64,000 nucleotides of DNA from Narcine bancroftii (taxonomy: Eukaryota): positions 206,150,001-206,214,000 of the forward strand of contig NC_091473.1 of assembly GCF_036971445.1 (NCBI RefSeq), written 5' to 3'. The position numbers were made by a program, and so were the translations under genes. This document shows positions 1 through 12,990 of this stretch, piece by piece. The notes beneath the pieces were generated by a model that was not told the DNA's origin, searched no databases, and saw only the letters and a list, made by a program, of their open reading frames with translations. Each line of letters opens with the position of its first letter. Positions within the stretch are counted from its first letter, which is position 1.

Positions 1-690
1 ATAGTAATGAATGATCCGAAACCAATCTAGCCTTATACTCCACAGATGTAACCCTATCCTGCAAATGTGCTGATATTAAAAATAATCAATTCTAGAAAAA
101 GGATTATGTCGTGAGGAATAAAAAGAAAAATCCTTCTCTATAGGATTAACTCTTCGCCAAATATCAATTAAATTCAAATCTGCCATCACATTAGTCAGTT
201 GAATTGCCATCTTAGACTTCTTAATTACTCTTGGGCACTTATCCAATAAAGGCTTCAAATCCAAATTCAAATCTCCCCCAATCATCACATTAGAGTTCGA
301 TTGTCCAAGTAATAAAGACATATCCACAACAAAAACTGTATCTTCAACATTAGAAGCATAAACATCAGCAAAATCCATGTCTCATTAATGATAGTACAAT
401 TCAATTTTAATAATCTTCCACCATTTTTTCTCTTCGTTCTGTAACTGGAATGATAGATTCTTATGTACCAAAATTGCCACATCTTTTGCCTTAGAATTAA
501 ATGAAGAATAAATAACTTGCCCAACCCATTCACGTTTGAGTTTCAAATGTTCCTTATCTGTTAAATGAGTTTCCTGTAAAAAAGCAACATTAACATTTAA
601 ATTTTTTAAATAAGCTAGTACCTTCTTACGCTTAACAGGATTATTTAAACCCTGAACATTAAAAGAAGCAAACTTCAATTTAGACATTTC
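1..690 (-). mobile_element. L1-clade LINE ORF2, AP-endonuclease N-terminus (frameshifted)
   Basis: MSKLKFASFNVQGLNNPVKRKKVL..FLQETHL..; GGDLN; FSRIDYF. Confidence 0.85.
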
Positions 691-989
691 TTACNNNNNN
701 NNNNNNNNNNNNNNNNNNNNNNNNNNNNNNNNNNNNNNNNNNNNNNNNNNNNNNNNNNNNNNNNNNNNNNNNNNNNNNNNNNNNNNNNNNNNNNNNNNNN
801 NNNNNNNNNNNNNNNNNNNNNNGAAATTACAACCAGAGACACAAGAAAAAAAAAAAATTAAATATATGAAAAAAAATTAATTATTTCAAAAAAGATAATA
901 AAAAAAGCTTCACTCCCTAACCCAAAAATTTGAAAGAAAAAAAACAGGTCGGAGGTCACAATTACCTCCTCCTGTTTAAACTGTCTAAT

Positions 990-2476
990 AACACATATAT
1001 ATAACATATAACAATTACAGCACGGAAACAGGCCATTAGGCCCTTCTAGTTCGCACCGAACCAAACACCCCTTTCTAGTCCCACCTCCCTGCACAATGCC
1101 CATAACCCTCCATCTTCTTCTCATCCATATACCTGTCCAACCTTTTCTTAAATAATACAATTGACTCCGCCGCCACTATTTCTCCCGGAAGATGATTCCA
1201 CACAGCTACCACTCTCTCAGTAAAGAAGTTCCCCCTCATGTTACCTCTAAACCTCTGCCCCTTAATTCTTAACTCATGTCCTCTTGTTTTAATCTTTCCT
1301 CCTTTTAACGGAAATAGTCTATCCACATCCATTCTGTCTATCCCTTTCATAATCTTAAATACTTCTATCAAATCCCCTCTCAGCCTTCTACGCTCCAAAG
1401 AATAAAGACCCAATCTGTCCAATCTCTCCCCATACTCCAGATGCTTAAACCCAGGCAACATTCTGGTAAACCTTCTCTGCACTCTCTCCACTCTATTTAT
1501 ATCCTTCCTATAATTAGGCGACCAGAACTGCACACAGAACTCCAAATTAGGCCGCATCAACGTCTTATACAATCTGAACATCACCTCCCAACTCCTATAT
1601 TCCATGCAATGATTGATAAAGGCCAGCATACTAAAAGCCTTCTTCACCATCCTATTCACGTGAGTTTCTACCTTCAGGGAACGATGTACCGTTACTCCTA
1701 AATCTTTCTGCTCTTCTGTATTCCTCAATGCTCTCCCATTTACCACATATGTCCTATTCTGATTCTTCTTACCAAAATGAAGCACCTCACACTTATCAGC
1801 ATTAAATTCCATCTGCCATTTTTCAGCCCACTCTTCTAAGCAGACCAAATCCCCCTGCAATCCTTGAAAACCTTCTTCATTATCCACTATTCCACCTATC
1901 TTAGTATCGTCTGCATATTTACTAATCCAATTCACCACCCCATCATCTAGATCATTAATGTATATAACGAACAACAATGGGCCCAATACAGATCCTTGAG
2001 GCACACCACTGGTCACCGGCCTCCAACCTGACAGACAATTATCCACTACCACTCTCTGGCCTCTCCCTTTCAGCCAATGTTCATTCCATTTGACTATCTG
2101 AAAATGTATACCTAAAGACTGCACCTTCCTAACTAACCTTCCATGTGGTACCTTATCGAAGGCCTTACTGAAGTCCATATAGATGACATCCACTGCGCTA
2201 CCCTCATCCACATTCCTAGTCACCTCTTCAAAAAATTCAATCAGATTGGTCAAACATGACCTTCCTCCCACAAATCCATGTTGAGTGCTCCTGATCAGAC
2301 CCTGTCTATCCAGATGTTTATAAGTACTATCTCTAAGAATTTTCTCCATTAATTTACCTACCACAGACGTCAAACTTACAGGCCGATAGTTGCCAGGCTT
2401 CCTCCTTGAAACCTTTTTAAATAACGGAACCACATGCGCAATGCGCCAATCCTCCGGCACTATCCCCATATCTAAT
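990..2476 (-). mobile_element. CR1 LINE, 5'-truncated, with open reverse-transcriptase ORF; inserted in the L1 inter-ORF region
   Basis: ORF 1075-2550 carries NYRPVSLTS, DFSKAFDKV, GVPQGSVLGP and YADD; (TATATGT)-like 3' tail; TCTAAT at both junctions. Confidence 0.92.
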
Positions 2477-2479
2477 GCG

Positions 2480-3395
2480 GTAACTCCCCCAAAATGTTGG
2501 GTCTGAGATAACTCACACGCAGCTGATGACTTCTGGGAATTGGTGCCCACCTAGTTCCCTCTCCCAACTCCCATTACTATTTGAAATCTTCGCAACAAAA
2601 AATAAAAAATATGTTTTTTTTTTAATTTTTTAATCAACTTTGCCATTGCGACCACCGTTTATTCCATTTCTTCTAATAATCTGATTCCCATCTTGCAGCT
2701 CTGCCCTCTTTGGAGACTGTGGAGGACTACATCGTTCCTGGAATTGCGTAATTGGCAAAGACTGAGCAAAATCCATAGCTTCTTTAGGATTGTCGAAGAA
2801 CTTTGGTTGATATCCATTCTGAAAAATCTTCAGTACCGCAGGGTACCTAAATGTTGCCTTATATCCTTTTTTCCACAGCAATTCTTTCACAGAATTAAAT
2901 TCTCGTCGTTGAAACATAATTTCCTGATTCAAATCCGGATAGAAGAAAACACGATTACTCTGAACCATCAACGGAGATTTATTTTGCTGTGTATTTCTGA
3001 TAGCCATATGTAAAATAGTCTCTCTATCACAGTAATTTAAACAGCGAACCAGAACAGGTCTTCGATTCTGTCCTGAAAAAGGTCTCCTTCTCAAAGCTCT
3101 ATGAGCCCGTTCCAATATTAAAACTTCATGAAACTTATCTTGTCCCAACACTTGTGTAATCCATTCAGTGAAATACTTTCTTGGATCTGGCCCTTCAATA
3201 CCTTCTGGCAAACCAACAATTTTCACATTATTCCGTCTGGATTGATTCTCCAAATAATGAACCTTTTTTTGCTAGAATTTTGTTCTGAATCTGTAACGTT
3301 TCAATTGTTTTATTCACATCTTGCAATTGATCTTGTACATCAGATAATCCTTGATCACACATCTCAAGTCTTTCAATAGTTTCGAATTCTCCACC
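2480..3395 (-). mobile_element. L1-clade LINE ORF1 and inter-ORF spacer
   Basis: ENQSRRNNVKIVGLPEGIEG..LERAHRAL..FFYPDL..RREFN..YPAVLKI (L1 ORF1 RRM/CTD-like). Confidence 0.85.
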
Positions 3396-3399
3396 AAAA

Positions 3400-5253
3400 A
3401 AACAAACAATTGCATTTAAAAAGAGGGTGAAATCTTTGGGATACTTAGCAAGTAAGGGAAAAAAATAAAATTATTCCCGAAAGGATTAAGGGAATATTGG
3501 AACTGGTTCTCCCGAAAACAAAGAAGGGACTGGTGGCTTATTGTCAACTGTGGATGGATTCAAATGCACAAAAGACTAGAAACTTATTCTTCACCTCTGG
3601 AATACTTCACGAAACAATGCAAAAGATAGAAATAACATTGGACTTTCATACCCATGGTATCCCCCTTCCTCAGGATGGGTAAAACGAATGAATCAGACAT
3701 TGTCCAAATTGGTGCTAGAAACAAAGTTACCCTGGACTAAATGCCTACCTGTAGCATTACTGCAAATCCAAACAGCACCTCGAAGGAATGTCGGATTGTC
3801 TCCTTATGAGATACTATTCGAACTTCCAATTTTGGGAAGAGAAGGGGAATTACCTACTGTTGAAGTCACTGACAAATTTCTAAGGAACCATGAATTGCCA
3901 CTCGTTTCTTCTTTATTTGTTGTTAGGAAAAACGGTCTGTTGGCCCAGACACCGCGCTCGAAATTGCCATTCAAAAAGACGTGAAAGGAGGCCAAGCTTC
4001 ATCCAAGTTGGGAGGTCATTGTTAACCTTTCTGACCACTGAGACAATGATAGGAACTGCAGAAGAAGATGGACACATCACACCAGAGTGACATGACCAGT
4101 GAGGACCCCTGCTGAGCCGCCAACATTGCACATACATCCCACTGAAAACCCGCTCAAGATGCAGTTGAAAAGAAATTGATGGTTATTAGAATAGGACTTT
4201 GAATAGTTTGTGAAACATAAGTTAAATACCTATGTACATCCCTCCTCCTTCGGTAGGAAGAAACATGAGATAGTGATGGATATGCTGAATAGAATTGTTC
4301 AATAAGAACCAGGGTTGGGCTGATTGGATTCATACTCCATTAAGGAGAGGAATAGAATCCATCGTCAAGCCCTCAGGGCCAGTAAAAGTCACCATTACCA
4401 TTCCTGAGAGTTCTAAACCGCAGGTGATACGATTCGATGCTTATTGTTTAATAATCGAAGAAGGACCAAAGGCCAATCCGAAAATAGTACAGATAGTAGA
4501 GGTAGAGGACCTTAAACAGATGTTGAGGGTGTGACAGGATATGGGGATCGAAATGCCTTGGGAGAATGGGTAAAATATACGGTGAAGTGTTTGAACAAGA
4601 GCAATTGTTATACATGTGCTTCTGGACGTCCGGTAGCACACGTGGTTTTACCTCTATTGGGCTGGGGTAAAACAGACAAGAAATGAGGTGCATGATGGCC
4701 TTGAATCTGGATAGAGAGGCCTGGGGTAACCAGTCCTGTAAATCTCTGCCTTGATGTTCCCTACTCTGAAGAGATATTTTATCTGTATTCCGCCGGCATT
4801 CTGGGCCGTGTCAGGGAATCACACAGCCTGCATTTCAAGACAATAAAGTCAATTCACAAAGGACCAAAGAAAGCTACAACTATGCACAAAAGTTCAAGAC
4901 ATGACAGAGGAGGGGGGATGGAACCACTCAGCCTTGAATGTACCTCGAGTGGATCTATGGTGGTTCTGCGGAGGCAGCATTCTTAGACCGATTCTTTCTC
5001 CCAACTGGAAGGGCACCTGTGCAACCATTAAATTAGCCATACCCTTCGTCATGGGATTTGACCGGGTGAAGGTAATAGGGATAAAGAAATGTAAGAAGGA
5101 ATTCCTTGGGACGTTTTTCGATAACCAAATTTATATTGATTCAATTGGGGTATCAACGGGAAAACCTAATGAATTTTAGGCACGAAATCAGATAGCAGCA
5201 GGGTTTGATGCAGTTTAATTAGAAACATATGGTGAATTAAAAAAAGGGGGAAT
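3400..5253 (+). mobile_element. Endogenous retrovirus remnant (deleted pol/integrase and env)
   Basis: MNQTLSKLVLETKLPWTKCLPVALL..GLSPYEILF (integrase); env-like CYTCASGRP, WWFCGGSILRPILSPNWKGTCA, IYIDSIGV..PNEF; polypurine tract AAAAAAAGGGGGAAT ending at 5253. Confidence 0.8.
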
Positions 5254-6992
5254 TGGGAAATATGGATGAAAATGATTAAAATCTCACCATTCTGTGAAAA
5301 GTAATGGAACGCAAAATGTGTAGATAAAAGCTTGAGAGTAGACTTTAACATATATAACAATTACAGCACCGAACCAAACACTCCTCTCTAGTCCCACCTA
5401 CCTGAACAATGCCCATAAGCCTCCACCTTCTTCTCATCCATATACCTGTCCAACTTTTTCTTAAATAATAATATTGACTCTGCCACCACTATTTCTCCCA
5501 GAAGCTCATACCACACCATTACCGCTCTCTGAGCAAAGAAGTTCCCCCTCATGTTACCTCTAAACCTCTGCCCCTTAACTCTTAACTCATGTCCTCTTAT
5601 TTCAATCTCTCCTACTCTTAACGGAAGTAGTCTATCCACATCCACTCTGTCTATCCCTTTCATAATCTTAAATACCTCTATCAAATCCCCTCTCAACCTT
5701 CTACGCTCCAAAGAATAAAGACCTAATCTGCCCAATCTCTCCCTGTACTCTAGATACTTAAACCCAGGTAACATTCTGGTAAATCTTCTCTGCACTCTCT
5801 CCACTCTGTTTATATCCCTCCTATAATTAGGCGACCAGAACTGCACACAGAACTCTAAATTAGGCCGCACCAACGCCTTATACAATCTCAACATCACTTC
5901 CCATCTCCTATATTCCATCCAATGATTGATAAGGCCAGCATACTAAAAGCCTTCTTCACCACCCTATTCACATGAGTTTCTACCTTCAGGGAACGATGTA
6001 CCGTTACTCCTAAATCTTTCTGCTCTTTTGTATTCATCAATGCTCTCCCATTTACTACGTATGTCCTGTTCTGATTCTTTTTACCAAAATGAAGCACCTC
6101 ACACTTATCAGCATTAAATTCCATCTGCCATTTTTCAGCCCACTTTTCTAAGCAGCCCAAATCCCTCTGCAATCCTTGAAAACCTTCTTCATGATCCACT
6201 ATTCCACCTATCTTAGTATCATCTGCATATTTACTAATCCAATCCACTACCCTATCATCTAGATCATTAATGTATATAACGAACAGCAATGGGCCCAATA
6301 CAGATCCCTGAGGCACACCACTGGTCACTGGTCTCCAACCTGACAGACAATTATCTACTACCACTCTCTGTCCTCTCCCTTTCAGCCAATGTTCAATCCA
6401 TTTGACTATCTCAATAGTTATACCTAAAGACTGCACCTTCCTAACTAACCTTCCATGTGGTACCTTATCGAATGCCTTACTGAAGTCCATATAGACAACA
6501 TCCACCGCGCTACCCTCATCCACATTCCTAGTCACCTCTTCAAAAAAATTGGCTTCAGTACCGGCTCGTGGGCACCTTCTTATCAGGAGCACCAAGAAGG
6601 CAATGATCTGGTTCAGGCCTGTACAGTGACCTAATGTATTTTATAGCTGGTACTGCACTTGCTTAATAGAGACATGAATATTAACTTGGAAGCCTAAAGG
6701 ATGTAATGAAATAATGAAAATAACATGCGAAGTATGAAGAGGGAGGAACTGATTGATACCTGCATTGATGGAAGGTCGAAGGAGAATGTTGTAATGTATT
6801 GGGATTCTGAATGGAAGAATCTAAATGAAGGTGGGGTGATGTGAGCGCGGGACTGTACAAAAGAGTGATGATTCTACACGCTGGTGTGTTTCCAGACCAG
6901 AGGCACCGACTCTGTAGACTGTAAATAAAGCTGAACCTGTTCTCCAAGACTTTGTCTCCAGAGTAGTGATGGTGAACACTTTATATTTCACA
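5254..6992 (+). mobile_element. ERV 3' LTR (about 540 bp) interrupted by a CR1 insertion
   Basis: Starts TGGGAAATAT directly after the PPT and ends ATATTTCACA (9/10 inverted repeat); AATAAA at about 6925. Confidence 0.65.
5346..6549 (-). mobile_element. CR1 LINE, 5'-truncated RT fragment (one frameshift), same young family as 990-2476
   Basis: ORFs 5388-5918 and 5894-6595 are near-identical to the 1075-2550 protein; same 3' tail. Confidence 0.92.
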
Positions 6993-7883
6993 CGAGACAC
7001 CAATTTGATAGAGAAGTTTAAATAAAAAAAAAGTTAGTCTAATTGGTTGATTCATCTTTTAATTCGAAGGCGAAAGGAGTAGCAATATTAATTAAAAATA
7101 ATTACTGATAAAAATTGTAGATACTATAATGGATCTTGGAAGAAGAGATATTTTGATAAATTGTCAATTTTTTTTGAAATGTGGACACTTATTAGTATTT
7201 TGCACCAAATGTGAATTATGAAGAATACGTTTTTTTTTTATTTTCGGCTCAAGCGCAGGAAAAGGTGATTTTTCATTGTTGACTTGTTGAATTATTGGGT
7301 AAATAAGTTAAAACAATAAGGAGAGCTAAAGAGGCTCAGGCTAATTTATGTTTAATGAAGCAATTACATTTAGTTGAAATATGGCAAAAGATGAATCCTA
7401 AATAGAGAGATTATTAATATTAGAACAGTTGCGAGAAATAATTAATAATGTTGAATATAAAGCTAGAATATTATCTGATCTGTCTCCACTGTTATTGACA
7501 TGTTCAATTCTTGAGGGAAAAGCTGTGCTGCATAGATAAAGGTTTAATATTGCTTTATTAATAAGAGTGGATTTTTGTTATTTCATAAGAAAATAAATTT
7601 AATTAGTTTTAGAAATGAATTCTAATTCAGTAAATAATAAATACATTATTTGGCATGCATCCAAAGCGTATTTAAGATGACAAATAATGTTATTCGAATA
7701 AAATTAAAAAAGGAATATATAAAATAACCAAATCAATTAGAACAACATAGAGGTAGATTAGAAAAGAAATATACAAATAATTCTTATGAAATAAAGAAAA
7801 AATAATTAATCAGTATTAAATCTCCAATATAGTATTTTTCATACATTCAGAACTGGAAGATTTTTTTTAGCACCAGAGATATT

Positions 7884-9204
7884 CTTTGGCTTGGCTTCGC
7901 GGACGAAGATTTATGAAGGGGGTAAAAGTCCACGTCAGCTGCTGGCTCGTTTGTGGCTGACAAGTCAGATGCGGGACAGGCAGACACGGTTGCAGCAGCT
8001 GCAGGGGAAAATTGGTTGGTTGGGGTTGGGTGTTGGGTTTTTCCTCCTTTGCCTTTTGTCAGTGAGGTGGGCTCTGCGGTCTTCTTCAAAAGAGGTTGTC
8101 GATGTCAAATCGGAGGAGTTCATGTGCAATGAGGGCAGACCGACGTTCAGGTCGGTGGCTGTCAGCCTTGTCTAGCATGGTTCTGATGTTTCAGCATGCT
8201 AGCTTGAGTTTGTGAGCATCTTTTGAGGGGGAGGACGTGGAGCGGGAGGACGTGGACCTGTCCTCGGGCCTGCGCAAAGGAGCTTTTAGGTGGAGTGCAG
8301 TGTGCGCAGGACTGGCCCCACCCTTTACACCCATGGTTCGTGTGCAGTGGCCGAGCAAGCTGGGACGTGGCAGCAAGGTCCTTGGGTCGTAGGTTTTATA
8401 TCGGAGTGGCCTTCTCCTATGCAGGTTTCTTACCCGGGCTGGAGGGGTCTGCCTCCCCTCCTAGGTCGGTCCATACTGCCTGGACCGGGGCCGAGGCCGC
8501 CGCAGCTCTCGCTGTGCCCGGATCGGGGCCTTCGCCTGCCTCACTCGACCGAGGCCGGGGCCGCCGTCTCCCCCTTGCTCCTGCCCGGATTGGGGCCGCC
8601 GCCGCCTACCCTTCGCCCGGACCGGGGCCGGGGCAGCTGCTGCTCTCTCTGTGCCCGGACTGGGGCCGCCGCCTCCCACTCTCTGCCCGGATCTGGGCCT
8701 CCGCCTGCCTCACTCGACCGAGGCCGGGGCCGCCGTCTCCCCCTTGCTCCTGCCCGGATCGGGGTCGCCGCCGCCTACCCTTCGCCCGGACCGGGGCCGG
8801 GGCCGCTGCTGCTCTCTCTGTGCCCGGACTGGGGCCGGCGTCTCTCGCTCTCTGCCCGGATCGGGGCCTCCGCCTGCCTCACTCGACCGATGCCGGGGCC
8901 GCCGTCTCCCCCTTGCTCCTGCCCGGATCGGGGCCGCCGCCGCCTACCCTTCGCCCGGACCGGGGCCGGGGCCGCCGCTGCTCTCTCTGTGCCCAGACTG
9001 GGGCCGCCGCCTCCCACTCTCTGCCCGGATCGGGGCCTCCGCCTGCCTCACTCGACCGAGGCCGGTGCCGCCGTCTCCCCCTTGCTCCTACCCGGATCGT
9101 GGCCGCCGCCGCGCACCCTTCGCCCGGACAGGGGCCGGGGCCGCTGCTGCTCTCTCTGTGCCCGGACTGGGGCCGTCGCCTCCCACTCTCTGCCCGGTGC
9201 TTTC
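7884..9204 (-). mobile_element. Internally deleted RTE-clade LINE (5' UTR with tandem repeat + endonuclease start fused to 3' end)
   Basis: Minus strand KLKLAC*NIRTMLDKADSHRPERRSALIAHELLRFDID (APE start) joined at about 8096 to the RTE 3' end shared with other copies; TATT at both junctions inside the L1 ..RY|YELG. Confidence 0.75.
8480..9199. repeat. GC-rich 169-bp tandem array (about 4.2 copies) built from about 33-bp subrepeats
   Basis: CTCACTCGACC recurs at 8540, 8709, 8878 and 9047; subunits GCCCGGA(C/T)(C/T)GGGGCC. Confidence 0.9.
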
Positions 9205-10848
9205 TATTACGAATTAGGTTAAAGTGTTCATAATCCTTAAACATTGCAATAGAAAGCAGATCGGACATCTAGAGTGATTAATGCAGTTTAAAAATTCCGG
9301 ACTTATTGCATGTAGACTACAAGAAATACATTATATACTGAAGGAGTTTGATTCTGAATTATAACAATCGGGATAATTGCATGATGAATATAAGATTAAT
9401 GGTTGTGTAAAAGAAAAAAAAATGTTACCTGGTTTAAATAATCAAGAACAAAATGAATTGACTTTAGTATTGAGTCCATTAGAAAATAATAAATCGTCAG
9501 GAGAAGAGGGATCTCCCGTAGAATTTAAGAAATTTATGGATCTTTTAATGAGTCAATTTAAGAAGGTGCTAAATCAAGCAATTTAGGTACATTCTCTAAC
9601 GGAATTTTTTCAACTGAAATTATTATAGTAACAACAAAGGAAGATAGAGATTTAATGAGACAAATTCCATCATTAAATATTTATTATAAAATAATAGATA
9701 AAATGTTAGGAAATAGATTAGCAAAATATTTATCGAAGTTAATATACATAGATCAAAATTGATTTGTTAAGGAGCAGAAATCTGCAGATAATTTGTTTGA
9801 TTATTTTAATGACAAAGATTGATTTTTTTTAATACATTTAGTTCACATGATGGGAATTCTGAGTGTTGCAGTGCTTTTAAATGATGAGAATGAAATTGAT
9901 AAATTAGAATGAGATTTGCTCTTTAAAGGTTTGGAGAAATGTTAATTAGGATCAATGTCTATAGATTAGGCTAAAATGTTATATAATAAACCAAGTGCGA
10001 AGGTAGTGAATAATGGTCAGATTTCAACATCTTTTCATTTAACGAGATCAAGTAGGGAAGTTTGTCCACTGTCACCAGCTTTATTTGTTTTAACAATTGA
10101 ATATTAGGCTGAATTAATAAGTCAGGATTCCAAGATTGAGGGTATTAAGATAGATCAGGAAGAATTTTAAAATAAATTTATTTGCAGATGATGCTTTGAT
10201 TTATTTAACAGATCCTTTAAATTCTTTATAACAACCTAAATTCAGAATAAAATAAAAGCGAGAAATATCTGGTGATAAAATTAATTGAGATAAAAGTGGA
10301 ATTATGCCTTTAGTTAATGGGATTGTGCAAAATGTAACAAACTAATTGAATTTAAATGGACAGATGTTGGAATAGAATATTTAGGTTTTCGTGCACAACC
10401 AGTTTAACAACATTACTTAATTTGTATTATATGTCCTTATTAATAAAATTAAAGAGTATTTGATAAGATGGAATATGTTATCTATTACTTTAAAAGGTAG
10501 AGTAAATTGTGTTAAGATGAATGTTTTTTTCATCGAATACAAAATTAATTTAAATCATTTCCAATTGAAATTCCTCAAAACAAATATAAGGAATTCAACG
10601 TCTGTTTTAGAATGTTTCCATGGAAAAGAAAAATAGCAACAGTTTATTCGTTAAGTGTAACATGGAAATATGATTTAGCAGGTTTACAGTTCCCCAATTT
10701 TATTAATTATTATAAATATGCGCAGTTGATATTTATGAATGCAATGTATGGTTTCAATAAAATTCCAGCATGGTGGAATATAGAAATGAATGACATTGGG
10801 GAAATAAATCCTCAAGAATTCATTTAAAATGGAATCCATGATTGTTAA

Positions 10849-12990
10849 TCTTCTTTTCTTTTCTTTGGCTTGGTTTCGCAGACGAAGATTTATGGAGGGG
10901 TATGTCCACATCTGCTGCAGGCTTGTTCGTGACTGACAAGTCCAATGCGGGACAGGCAGGCACGGTTGCAGCAGTTACAAGGGAAAATTGGTTGGTTGGG
11001 GTTGGGTGTTGGGTTTTTCCTCCTTTGTCTTTTGTCAGTGAGGTGGGCTCTGCGGTCTTATTCAAAGGAGGTTGCTGCCCGTCGAACTGTGAGGCGCCAA
11101 GATGCACGGTTGGAGGCGATATCAGCCCACTGGCGGTGGTCATTGTGGCAGGCACCAAGAGATTTTTTTAAGCAGTCCTTGTACCTCTTCTTTAGTCCAC
11201 TTCTGTCACGGTGGCCAGTGGAGAGCTCTCCAAAGAACACAATCTTGGGAAGGCGATGGTCCTCCATTCTGGAGACGTGACCCTCCCAGCGCAGTTGGGT
11301 CTTCGGCAGCATGGATTCGATGCTTGCAGACTCTGCCAGCTCGAGTACTTCGATGTTGGTGATGAAGTCATTCCAATGAATGTTGAGGATGGAGCGGAGA
11401 CAGCTCTGATGGAAGCGTTCTAGGAGCTGTAGGTGATGCCGGTAGAGGACACATGATTCGGAGCCGAACAGGAGCGTGGGTAGGACAACGGCTCTGTACA
11501 CGCTGATCTTAGTGTGTTTCTTCAGGTGATTGTTTTTCCAGACTCTTTTGTGTAGTCTTCCAAAGGCGCTATTTGCCTTGGCGAGTCTGTTGTCTATCTC
11601 TTTGTCGATCCTTGCATCAGATGAAATGGTGCAGCCGAGGTAGGTAAACTGGTTGACCGTTTTGAGTTCTGTATGCCCGATTGAGATGTGGGGGTTGTTG
11701 GTGGTCATGGTGGGGAGCAGGCTGATGGAGGACCTCAGTTTTCTTCAGGCTGACTTCCAGGCCAAATATTTTCGCAGTTTCCACAAAATAGGACGTCATG
11801 CGCTGGAGAACTGGCTCAGAATGGGCAACCAAAGCGGCATCGTCTGCAAAGAGTAATTCACGGACAAGTTACTCTTGTGTCTTGGTGTAAGCTTGCAGGC
11901 GCCTCAGATTGAAGAGACTGCCATCCGTGCGGTACTGGATGTAAACGGTGTCTTCATTGTTAAGGTCTTTCATGGCTTGTTTCAGCATCATGCTGAAGAA
12001 GATAGTAAAGAGGGTTGGTGCGAGGACGCATCCTTGCTGCATGCCCTTGTCAATCGAGAAGGGTTAGGAGAGCTCATTGCTGCATCTGACCCGACTTTGT
12101 TCTTTTTTGTGCAGTTGGATAACCATGTTGAGGAACTTGGGTGGGGGGGGGGGGGTATCCGAGGTGCTCTAGTATTTGCAAAAGCCCTTTCATGCTCACA
12201 GTGTCCAAGGCTTTGGTGAGGTCAACAAAGGTGATGTAGAGTCCTTTCTTTTGTTCTCTGCACTTTTCTTGGAGCTGTCTGAGGGCAAAGACTATGTCAG
12301 TAGATCCTCTGTTTGCGCGAAAGCCACACTGTGAATCTGGCAGGGCATTTTCGGCGACACTAGGTATTAGTCTATTAAGGAGAATCCCACCGAAGATTTT
12401 GCCTGGAATGGAGAGCAGCATGACTCCCCTGTAGTTTGAGCAATCTGATTTCTCGCCTTTGTTTTTGTACAGGGTGAAGATGATGTCATCACGAAGGTCC
12501 TGAGGCAGCTTCACTTTGTCCCAGCAGAGCATGAAAAACTCATGCAGTTTGGTATGCAGAGCTTTGCCGCCAGCCTTCCAACCTCTGCGTGGGGTGGGGG
12601 CGGAATTCCATCCATACCTGCTGCTTTGCCACTTTTCAGTTGTTCAAATTCCTTATATGTCTCTTCCCGGGTAAGGACCTCATCCAGCTCTAGCGTCAAG
12701 GGTTGTTGAGGGAGCTGGAGCAGGGAGGATTCTTGGACTGCGCGGTTGGCACTGAAAAGGGATTGGAAGTGTTCTGACCATCGATTGAGGATGTAGATCT
12801 TGTCGCTGAGGAGGACTTCGCCGTCTGAGCTGCGCAGAGGGCGTTGGTGTTGAGTTGAGGGGACGGACACTGCCTTTAGTATCTCATGAAAAACCCTGAA
12901 GTCGCCAATGTTGGTGCTAAACTGGGTTCCTTTGGCAATGCTAGCCCACAACTCATTTTGGATCTGCCAGAGTTTGCGCTGAAGGTGGCT
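10849..12990 (-). mobile_element. RTE-clade LINE, 5'-truncated, RT with frameshifts
   Basis: DCSNYRG, QCGFRANR, FVDLTKA, FTYLGCTISS..IDNRLAKANSAFGRL, RMEDHRLPK; short (AAGA)-type tail. Confidence 0.9.

Noticed and set aside
8480-9199. CRISPR-like repeat-spacer appearance of the roughly 33-bp subrepeats
   Set aside because: The apparent spacers themselves repeat with a 169-bp period, the context is vertebrate DNA, and there are no cas genes.
8223-9268. Long overlapping Pro/Gly/Ala/Arg-rich ORFs on both strands
   Set aside because: They are by-products of a stop-poor GC-rich 169-bp array whose period is not a multiple of 3; the same peptides recur in all frames.
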